The notes under the pieces: model-generated | Seen by the model: only the letters and a program-made list of their open reading frames with translations | The model's database searches: none | Told to the model about the DNA's origin: nothing | Position numbers and translations under genes: made by a program | Shown: positions 1 to 10,282 of the stretch, in pieces | How the letters are laid out: the number at the start of each line of letters is the position of its first letter | How positions within the stretch are numbered: position 1 is the first letter of the stretch | Origin: Monocercomonoides exilis PA203 | Taxonomy: Eukaryota > Protista > Preaxostyla | DNA length: 64,000 nt | NCBI GenBank assembly: GCA_001643675.2 | Contig: LSRY02000046.1 | Coordinates: 62,001 to 126,000 of the forward strand | Direction of reading: 5' to 3'

Positions 1-2070
1 CCAGCAGTTGCCTGTTCAGCTGGAGAAGGAGTATCAACAACAGCCATCAGCGAAATGGCACACTGAATGACACGAGGAACAACAAGTGCAGGGAGAGCTG
101 TTGCCAACGCTTCGAGTCCGCACGATGCACTCTTTCGTGGTGTCCAGACGTCGTTCATCTGACTTTGGAATATCTCGTCGTATTCTTCGTTGGTATCTGC
201 ATCTGTCTGCGAGGAAGAGGAAGAAGAAGAAGATGATGATAATGATGCTTGTGGTTGTGCCATTGAAGAGACTGGATTAGAGTCACCAAAAACTGATTGA
301 GATGAATGCATCTCCACAACTGCTGGAGGGATTGCTTGGTCAGGATCAGCAATTTCACTGTCTGAAATGACGATATGAAAAAGAAAGAAAGAGAAAAGAG
401 AACAGATTTATTAAAGAACGATTGTGAAAAATTATGCATTTGTTTGTTAAATTGTTAATGAAATCATAATAAAGTTATCCTAACCTTCTTTGAGAAATCC
501 GGAATATTGATAGAGGTCTGTTGCGGTATATGTCAGCTTTGTAATAATTCTAGGAATAATCCTGAGGAAAGAAATGCAGACAAAAAGCGAAAGGAAAGAA
601 ATATATATATGTATAAATCAACATTTTTCAAAGGACAAAAGAAAAACAGAAAAATATCACTATCTCAATGTTTAAAATAATAAACACACGTGTCAAGCTT
701 TTTTGGGACAGAAGCTTCGAGGAGCAGCCAGTTCTCGCAAATAGACTGCCAGAACTCGATTCCTGCCATTTCTAAGTGCTCGTTTGGACTGTCCATACAA
801 ATAAGTGCAAAGTCAATTAGTGCATCGCTTTGTGGAAGAAGAGGATGAGTGGGCTTGATGTGTTCTTGGAAGAATGATGAAAATTACATCATTCAGTGCA
901 AATGTGTTCATAAAGTCAATGAAAAGGGAATGTTAATGATATAGATAAATAAATCATTTGAAGATGATGAAGAAAATAGTTAAAAACGATATTTATTGAG
1001 AAAAATTAACAAATTGTATTATGTAAAACAATTTGAAGATAAGTGGAAAAAAGATTGGAGAAACCGTCTTGGGGAGCGTCTGCTGGACCAAAAGGAAAAT
1101 GAATAAGGACAGTCAAAGATTCCAGGACAAGTGTGCGAACAAGTGGATTCTGGTCGCCAGCACAAGTCAGAAGCATCGTCAAGTAATTCTCCACTTTGTT
1201 CTGAAATAACTCCTGTGACGCAATACACATTGTCTTCAATGCAGTCAGCAGCGAGCACAACACTTTTGCTATTTTTGCAGTTTTACACAGACCAATAAGT
1301 GAGTCGACAAGAGTTTCAAGTTTTCTAAGTTTAAAATGAATAAAATAAAAAAGTCAAATTTTCTTCATAAAACAATTGTCTTTGAGCAAACTCTCTTAAC
1401 TTGAGTAGTTCCATCTTTTCTTCATTGTCTTCAACTATTTTCACCAAGCAACTTGAAGCCCCTTCTGCATAATGTGCTTCATTACCTTGAATAACAGTTA
1501 GCAGTTGCCCAATAAATGGAAATCCGTTTTCAAATCCAATTACATCCAGGAATGCACTTATGGTGCTTCCAGCTGTTATTCTGATCTGCTCTAATTCATC
1601 CCCGAGGGATTGTAACACAACATCAAAGCATTTTCCTCTCAATTCTTGTGAAAACGAAGGCGGTTTCGCCTTTAAAAAGCGAATTAATTCAAAACCCGCG
1701 AGTTGCCTAGTTGTTGCTGGTAAAGTTTTCATTGAACTTAAAATGCATGTTAAATAAAATGCGTATTCTGGCATTTCCAACGAAAATTTCTCACGAGCCT
1801 TAAAGCGAAAATTTTAATTACACAAAAATGAAAATGATAAAATGATAAATAAATATTTATTGCTTATTAGCACAGCACTCAAACAGCATTCGCTTGTGCT
1901 TGAGCTTCATTTGTTCCATTTTTTGATTGCTCAAGAGTCAAAATAATTGTCTGAATGGACTGCTCCGCTTGAAAAGACTGTTAAAAAATAAGTCATTCGT
2001 TTTATTTAATGAATATATAATCTTATTATAATCAAAAGCAATACACGATTCAGATTAAGCACACCGTCAT
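1..2070 (-). CDS. TNPO1: Transportin-1 / karyopherin beta-2 (multi-exon, 3' part outside the window)
   Basis: Spliced reading gives MT|SFQAEQSIQTIILTLEQSKNGTNEAQAQANA|AREKFSLEMPEYAFYLTCIL...TRQLAGFEL. HEAT repeats follow (ORFs 1331-1780 and 1006-1263), then an acidic loop and 'VWTPRKSASCGLEALA', which matches the transportin 'WNLRKCSAAALDVLA' motif. Confidence 0.85.
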
Positions 2071-2389
2071 TCAATTAACGATTTCTCTTTGTTGTTTCCA
2101 GTAAAAAGAAAATTATGAATGCTTAATTAATTTTTATCTTATATAATTATTTATAATATACTTGTAGTTTATTGGAATTTTTTATAAAATCTTTATTTCG
2201 ACAGATTCAAAATATTCTTTTTTTCGAAATAATAAATAATATTATTTATTTCTGTTTGATCTTCTCATCAAGCTATCATCATATAATTTCTTCTCTTGAA
2301 AAGTTAATAATAAATTAAAAATAATTAATACGCTTGTTTCTGATTTTTATTTCCTTCACTTTCTTTTTTTTTGAACAAAAATGCAAATA

Positions 2390-2786
2390 CAGATATCGCA
2401 TAAAATACCGGACATTGCACAAAATACCGGACAAGATCGATTTCACAATAACTGCAAGAGGAATAATTCTGACAATTTTCCTCAAAATATATCTCATTAA
2501 TACAAACTCATTTGATATTTCAAACTTTCATTTTCATAAAGACTGAATATAGAAAAAATTATTATTTAATTTTCTTAGAAATAGGATTTTGAGTTTCTCC
2601 GAGTTTTTAATAGAAATTTTTCTCTGAGCACAAATGAAACCATTTTGAAATTCTCGTTTATCAATAGAGTTTGTATTGATGAGATATATTTTGAGGAAAA
2701 TTGTCAGAATTATTCCTCTTGCAGTTATTGTGAAATCGATCTTGTCCGGTATTTTGTGCAATGTCCGGTATTTTATGCGATATCTG
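2390..2786. mobile_element. Non-autonomous TIR element (MITE), Tc1/mariner-pogo type, 397 bp
   Basis: Near-perfect inverted repeats of about 120-128 bp (2390-~2517 and ~2659-2786) begin CAGATATCGC and end GCGATATCTG. TA flanks both ends (2388-2389, 2787-2788). AAAATACCGGACA occurs twice in each TIR. Confidence 0.85.
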
Positions 2787-3639
2787 TAATCATATTGTAT
2801 TTTTCCACACATTTGAATTTCAAAATATCCAAAATAGTTTGAATATTCAACTGATTGCAAAATATTTATTCTTCATCAATGCAGCACATCCGAAATGGTG
2901 GATTGAACATGTGTTACAGATTGATAAATTTTTGTCACGTACGTCAGCAATTAAAAATTTACGTCAGTATTGGTATTTGAAAAGAAAAGTAATTTTCTCT
3001 GATTTTTGGAATTTTCGAAATATATATCAAATTATATTAATACATTCATTTTATTCTATTTTTCGAACTTTTCTTTTTTTCAAAAATTAATTAAAAATCA
3101 CTTCCTTGCAGAATGCTGACTCCATTAACAGTCACGAACTTCACTGACTTCACTGACGGTCCAATAATCAATTCATTTCAAATATGATTTTTTGTCAATA
3201 TCCTTTATTGAGAAATGCATTTTCATACTTCGCTTATTTGAATATATATTCAACAAGATTTGCATTAGCAATTATTTGTTCCAATTATTGAGGTTCTGAC
3301 GTGAACATTATTTCTCGGTCAGTCAGGAAACCAATTTTGACTGTCAATAGTCACAAAGTCACACATGATTATGGTGGATGGTATTTCCACTATTGTGATC
3401 CAATATAATAGCGGTGATTTTTTTCCCAAAATATTTTATAAACTCATAATGATCTATTTTGATCAAATATCCGCTTCTAACCGTTCATAATTTTATTGTT
3501 CAAGAAATACAACGATTTCAAAATTATCTCGAGGACAAAAACTTCGAGGCGTTAAACTTACGTTTGAAGCGAGAAACGCCAATTCATTATTCGAAAAAAT
3601 TATTGCTGCTCTTGATGATTATCCACAGAATGTTCGTTT

Positions 3640-4927
3640 GATATCAGAAGCGTAAAACATTACGACACAAATAATTTTTAGCGCTGTCAGATGTTATTGC
3701 GCCGGACAAACTTGGAACGAAAAGGATATTCACACAAGGCCTTGTTTGCTTGACTTCGATGGTGAAGAAAAGGTGCTGAATATTGTTCAAGAAAAATATC
3801 AACAACATGACAAAATAACCACACAAGAATTAAATGAAATCATTTAGGATGTCTCCACACTTTGGACTTAGTCCCGTTATCAAGCATTTTGATTAACAAC
3901 TTGTGCCACCATCTCCAGTATATGTGTCCGGATTCATTTCGAAGCACAAGCTGAAAGCACTCTCTCCCTTTAATATTACTCCAGCCAAATTGAATTCAGC
4001 ATTCATGTCTAACATTTGAGTATGGTTCAATTTTATGTTCAACAAAGATACCAAGCCATCTGTCAACAAGCATAATATATTTGACGCAGACGAATGGAAT
4101 GCTGATTTTTGATCTTCCCAAAAATTAATCGTGCCAGCCGAAGCCAAAGGAGCACCTGCTTCCACAGAAGATTTCACGAATAATCATATATCAATAATGA
4201 CCACCATTGGACCATCTTGCAAAGCGCCTCCACCATTTATCATCATTTCTGCCTTGAAAACGGTTCTTCCTGAACTTTTGGAGTACAAAAAGCAGGTTCA
4301 TGTGAAATCCACGTCAATGCATCATGGTGGATGGTCAGAAATGCTTTCTACCATTATGCCGTTCATTTCTGCTCATGTGTAACAATTTGCAGGTCGCTTA
4401 GAGTTATTCCACACAACTCTCCTGTTTTTTTAATTCTTGATGGTCATCCATCTCGTCTTTGCTCTTCGGCTTTGGTTTTATTTGCAAAATATTTTATTTT
4501 CGTTTTCACTCTGCCTGGAAATTTGACTCACATAATGTAACCTTTTTATGTTGGAATTGCTTGTCCTCTTCGAAACGCATTAAGATAGCTGACGAGGAGA
4601 AGAAAAATTATATGGATGGATGAGCACAATGATGGACAAAAAATTTTTTCCACTGACAGAAAAAAAATAATCTATGAGTGTGCAATTGATTCAGAAAAAA
4701 CTGCAATATCTTTCCTGAACAAGGAGAATGCATTCAAGACAACCGGATTGTTCCCAATCTATCCAGAAATCTTGATTTCAAATCCGTATGTTTCTGATGA
4801 TACAGAAGACCCTAAGTATCTAGATGGGATTAGGACAGGAGAATTTGTAGTTCCTTTTAAATGGTTAACAAGTCCAAGTTTTATTTTTTCACTTCAAAAA
4901 AGAGAAATGGAAAAAAGAATAAAATAA
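3640..4927 (+). pseudogene. Degenerate pogo/Tc5-like (HTH-CENPB + DDE_1) transposase
   Basis: Fragments lie in several frames: 'PSPVYVSGFISKHKLK' (end of CENPB-type HTH), 'HNIFDADE' (first D), and 'VFLILDGHPSR...FTLPGNLTHIM*PFYVGI' (DDE_1 LDGH...P..TH..QPxD motif). Multiple stops and frameshifts. Start is approximate. Confidence 0.8.
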
Positions 4928-5987
4928 ATAATTTCACTAAATAAATGATCGAATAAGATAATCATGAATTATTGAATCGTTTTGAATAAAAAACACGACG
5001 CTAATTCATTATTTGTGTGATTCCTTTTGAAATTATATTTTTTACCGAACAAATATATTGGTTTGAATATTTGTTTTGAGTATATGTTAATGAACATAGA
5101 TAAGTGATAACTTTTATTGAAAAAATATCTCAGTTTTTCTTTTTCGTTAAGCATTGGATTGTGATGCAATTAAAATGAAATTAACATTTCAACAAAATTT
5201 TTATTCTCAATAAAAAAGAATATTCATAATCATTTTGACACCGAAAAAAGAAATGACTCTAAAAATAATCACACATTTTAGATTTTTGTTTGATGCGTTT
5301 CTAATTTAAAAAAAAACTTCAAATGAAATATATTTTTTAATAAAAAAACAAGATATAATAATGATCATAAGAAAAAAGAAAATTCGTTAATTTCTCGTAT
5401 TGATGAATGTAAAAATGATTATATGTTATTTTTCAATTTTTATTAATCAATTAAATTATATAATTTTTGCTCAAAATAAAAGTCTTTCTTACTTGCCTTT
5501 GTAACACATATTGGAGTTATTTTTTGTTAATCATCATTGAACATTTAACATTTGTATATCAAAACATACACAATCAGAATTTGCTAATTACAGAAATCTT
5601 GAAATAAGATGTTAATTCCATAATTTGAAAATAAAAAACTACACAAATTATGGATATTATTTCTTTGAAGAAACGAAAACAAATCTCATATAAAAATACA
5701 CTCTATGAAGCGACTTCAAAATAAAGCACTTCAAAAATCGCATCAACATTAAGAATAATCAAAAAAGAACAAAAATAATAATTGTCAATTATAATAATAA
5801 CTGAAAGAATAATTTAACAAAAGTTACCATAAAACAAAAACGTAAAAAAAAATTACAATCCTCAAAACGGATGCTCCAATGAAAATTGGAGAGAACTCTC
5901 AAACAAGTTGATTTAAAATTTCGAAAAAAAATTTCCACAATGCAAAGAATTGGACCAAAAAATTTATTAAAAAGAATAAAATCTGAC

Positions 5988-6680
5988 TCAATTTACGCAA
6001 TCGCCATGCATTTTAAAAATCGCAGCGCTCAACACGGTATTATCTATATACAAGTTGTAATGAAGTTTTTGTAAAAAAACAATCTCTGATTGATTCACAA
6101 CAACCGGAGATAATTGAAATAATTTAGCCCACCAAGTGTTTCTGTATGGTACATCGCGCAGCATCTTGATTGTCAAAAGCATAGAACATAAAAGAAGGGT
6201 TCCAATATTTTCTTCTGTAACAAGGCGATTCGTTGTTTTGGATAAGCTAATCTCTTTTTCTTCCTCTGATATAAAATCATCAATAAGTATTGCAGCATAA
6301 GTAATCTCTTCACGAGTGACGCTTGCAAAATATCTAACGTAAACGAAGAAATGCTCAGTTTTTTCAAATATCTCTTTTCCCTTTTCAGAAAAGTAACTTT
6401 GATGTTGTTCGAAATAATTTGGCAGATGTGAATTCTCAATGCACAACTGAGGAAGTAAACGCGAAAATGATGCACAAATGTGATACGAAACATTAAAAAT
6501 ATTTATATCCGATGAAGGAATTTTTGTGAAAACAACTTGATGAATGGAAAATTCATTCATCGCGCAAGAAGGTTCTTCATGCTTGTCTTGAAAATCAGAA
6601 GGAATGTCATTTTTGTAGGGGTCCATAAGCTTTCTTTCAAACTGTTCCTTCGAATTTTCCTCAAAAAAATTAGAGATCAT
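5988..6680 (-). CDS. PHO80/Pcl/cyclin-U type cyclin
   Basis: Cyclin box 'YAAILID...TEENIGTLLLCSMLLTIKMLRDVPYRNTWWAKLFQLSPVVVNQSEIVFLQKLHYNLYI' is typical of the PHO80 family. Single ORF. Confidence 0.8.
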   Translation of the reverse strand: MISNFFEENSKEQFERKLMDPYKNDIPSDFQDKHEEPSCAMNEFSIHQVVFTKIPSSDINIFNVSYHICASFSRLLPQLCIENSHLPNYFEQHQSYFSEKGKEIFEKTEHFFVYVRYFASVTREEITYAAILIDDFISEEEKEISLSKTTNRLVTEENIGTLLLCSMLLTIKMLRDVPYRNTWWAKLFQLSPVVVNQSEIVFLQKLHYNLYIDNTVLSAAIFKMHGDCVN

Positions 6681-6945
6681 CCTTTCAAAACAACAAAAAT
6701 GAGTTTATGGGCCATAAAATTTTTTAATGATGGGAATTTAGTAATGAATTAAAACTTTAAGTTAAATAGTGAAAAATCTTTTAGAAGTGGGTAAAATAAA
6801 AGTTTATTAATGAAACAAATATAACAAAATGTAATGAGGCATGTCACAAAAAATTAAAAATATTTTACAAATACAAAGACAAAAATTTTTGTGAATAATT
6901 CATTTCTCTCATTTTCACAAAGTGAGATAACACAGGTCATTCATT

Positions 6946-9264
6946 TTAATCTTCACTGCTATCATCGCTGTCCTCGCTATCGCTTTTATCATCGTTGTCG
7001 CTGTGTTCCTTTTTTCCAACTTTGTTTTTGACGTTGCTTTGCTTTTTCTTTTGTGGATTTGAGCTGATTGAAACCTCAATCTTTGGCGGAGAATGAACAG
7101 ATGTCATTTCAATTGATTTGTAGTCTGACAGCACAACTGGCTGCTCTGAATGGGCATTGCAACTTCTGTTCCCATAAGTCGTGTTGATCACATTTGAATG
7201 AAGTGGCAGACTTTTGTCTTTGCTCATGTAGCAATCTTGTTTGTCATTCACTTCATTCACTTCACTCACCAAATTGTCCATTTCATCATCGTCTTCAATG
7301 TCCTCCTCTTTCAGAAGCACTTCATGTGCCAATATTGGCGTGATATCTCCATTCTTCCCGCTTTTCGGTGTTTGGCTTTTATTTTGCTTTTTGCTCTTTT
7401 TCAAAACTTTTTCTTCTTCTTTCTTTTTTTTCTTTGTGGAAATCAGCTTTTCTTGTTCCCCTTTGTTTGCTTTCTGAACATCTTTTGATTTTCCGGCATT
7501 CCCATTTTTTCTCTCTCCATCTGAAAGTGTCTCAGAAGGTGAAAGAGGAGGAGGGGTTGGCAGCAGATGCACAGAAGTGTATGATGAAGAAGAGGCAGAA
7601 GGAGAAGAACAATACAGAGAAGCATATGACAAGGATGTGAAATGCGAAGAAGAGGAATTTTTTGGTGAAGATAAAGAAGAAGAAGAAGAAGAAGATGATG
7701 ATGATGAGGAGGATGATGAATCAATTTCATTGTTGTGTGAATGAGAACGAGCAGGGGACGATGTAATCAAATGGAGGTATTTGTTTGGGTCTTTCAAAGT
7801 GAATTTTTGTTTTGTGATGCTTTTCTGTGCAGAGTGGGGCTGGACAACGATTTGTGGGGCGTGCGCATTTGGGAGAATTTCGCCAGAAGGGTGGCGCTGA
7901 TTCAGCTGAGGAATGGGATTGAGCACACCTGGTCTGCAGAGACACAAAAGACAGTTTATGGAAATAATAAAACATGAAAATGAAAATGAAAGATTGTCAA
8001 ATACGTGCAAGAAAAATAAAATAAAAGAAAAGAAAAGAAAAAAAAGAAATAGAAAATACTTGAAATAAAAAGAATAATAAATAATTCACTGAAAGAAAAC
8101 ACAAATATCAACATAATAAACAATAATGAAGTGATATTTGAAAGCATATTATTGTCAAACATAAAGCCCTTGTTCCATTCTATTCTGTTTCCTCTGTATC
8201 TTCTTTTGCTAACATTCTTTTTAACAGATATATTCTGTATTTGAACAGCCATCCCGAGCGATGAAAGAGCAAGCTTAAGTTAAACAGTTTTCCAAGTACC
8301 ACATAAATCAGTTTCGATTAGAATGATTTTATCCCCCACAAATGTTTTTAAGGTTTCATTGATTTGACATTTTCATAATACCACATTCACAATTTATAAA
8401 AGTTGATGAAAAAGAAAGAAAGAAGAAGAAAGAAATTTTTAAATGAAAATAAAAGAATTAATATGAAAAACAAATAACAGATGAATACACAAAATTAATT
8501 ATTGAAAAGGCATACACAAGGTCTTACTGGAGGAATTATGTGTCTCACAGAAATAGGTTGCATTTTGTCATTAACATAAAAAGTACAAGTTCTTGGGTAA
8601 GAATACATGTCAATTTCCATCGTAACAACATCGTCCATTCCCCATTCTGAATTTCCTAAAATGTTTGTTCCTTTATGTTGAACAACACCGCTTTAGAAAA
8701 ACAAAAAGAAAATACAAATTGCTTTCAAAAAAAAAAAATAAAACAAAATCATGACATACTAAGTTGACACATATCCTGCGCTTTCTATCATTTTGTAATA
8801 AATGTGCATAGATAAGCTCTTGAATGAAAAATAAAAATTATGCAAACGATTATCCATTCCAATAGAATAGCGAGGAGGTAACGATGAAAAATCAGAAATA
8901 AATCCAATTCCTTACGATGAAAAAACAAATTAAGAAAAGACAAATGGAACGTTTGCTGAATCTTAACAACAATTGCAAACGACAAGCAGAAGGCTTAACC
9001 AAATATTTGAAAGAAAATTCCCAAATGCCTTCGCTTATAGGATAATCCAAAACAATGACAAAAGAGCATGCGTTTTTTGAAATGATTTTGTTTCCTTCAA
9101 TTGCGTAATTTTCGGGTGTTGGATAAAATATCTTGAGATCTTGCTGCACGTTAATTTCATCCACTGCAATGACATTGAACGTTATATATTTACATTTTAT
9201 GTGACACATATAAAATATATTAATTAAACATCAGCAACATACAATCTGAAGTGCAGCAACCCAT
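6946..9264 (-). CDS. N-myristoylated/palmitoylated SPRY(B30.2)-like protein with Ser/Lys-rich disordered tail (multi-exon)
   Basis: Exon 1 (9264-9243) encodes MGCCTSD and splices in phase to LDEINVQQDLK. Later exons give 'GIWEFSFKY' and 'WGMDDVVTMEIDMYSYPRTCTFYVNDKMQPISVRHIIPPVRPC|LALSS', which is SPRY-like. The last exon is in ORF 6946-8010. Confidence 0.65.
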
Positions 9265-9331
9265 GCAACGCAAATATTATTAATGATCTAAACCATCATA
9301 AAATACATATCAATAAAATTTTCTGCTGTCT

Positions 9332-10121
9332 ATGTCTACTCCGAGTTTTGCATTTCCTCCTTATTACCAACTGCCTCCTTTTTTCACGTTTGCTTATACT
9401 ACTTATTTTTAGACACATTCGTTTCATTCATTCATCTTTTTTACAAAAATCAAAAGACTTCAGCGTTTTGAAGAAACTTTATCGAAACAACTACAAATGT
9501 GGGAGTTATTGATTATTTCATATTGCAAAAGTCACCATATGAGCCACATTGATCTTAGAACAGCAGATGAAATGGAGTTGTTTCACAATAAAACTATTAA
9601 GCGTATCTACTTATTTTTTTGCAATTCTTTCAAGCAAATGGAATAATCTTTTAATTTTTAGGTCAACTTTCATTTTCTGATTTACAAAAAATAATTGATT
9701 ATCTTGTATCAAAAGGTTTGAAAGTTTTGGCCTTTTTATTTAACATTCTTTTTTCTTCTTTGAAAAGGACATGCAAGCTGGGATGATGAAGAAAAGACTC
9801 AAGCACTGATTATGTGGAAAACAAAAGAAGAATGGATATCTTATATATCAAAATGGGTTTTTTTCCCTTTCTTTTATCGTTTTTAATAGCTTTACTTGCT
9901 CTACATAAATACTGATTTCACAATTTAAGGTTTCAGACAATGGTCAAAAGGGAACTGCACATACTCTTCATGCATTTGTAACAGAAGGTGAACCTGGGGT
10001 AGAAGATTTGATTGGACTTGACGAAAAGATATTAGCATCAGTTTTTGAGGCGATGCAAGATCAAGGATTATGCGTGATGAAGAAAGACAGACAAGGAAAA
10101 ATTGGAGTTTTATTTAAGTGA
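9332..10121 (+). CDS. VPS25: ESCRT-II subunit Vps25 (multi-exon)
   Basis: MSTPSFAFPPYYQLPPFFT|...LSKQLQMWELLIISYCK...LFHNKTI...IMWKTKEEW...GVLFK*. The PPxxxxPPFFT and W..PEEW-type motifs are those of Vps25. Confidence 0.92.
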
Positions 10122-10282
10122 TTGTTATATGTTTTAGTGTACTTAAAGATAATAACAAAAAAATATTTCCTTATTTTAATCTATAAAAATGTGATATATA
10201 AAGGGGATTGATCCGCAAATTACGAACGATTTATTGAATTACCTATCGATATCTGCGAATATTTTTTGTGTCAAATTCTAAT

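Noticed and set aside
2315-2860. Duplicated short ORFs 'YRYRIKYRTLHKIPDK...' on both strands
   Set aside because: An artefact of the MITE inverted repeats.
4538-4540. TAA/TAG = Gln alternative genetic code (TAA at a conserved Gln of the pogo transposase; this code is known in some oxymonads)
   Set aside because: Conserved genes here terminate at TAA (UBC4, YKT6) or TAG (peptidase) at the expected positions, long ORFs are free of TAR, and the pogo copy also has frameshifts.
8281-8395. Possible intronic C/D snoRNA in the long SPRY-gene intron
   Set aside because: A CTGA and a short terminal stem are present, but there is no convincing C box or rRNA-complementary guide.
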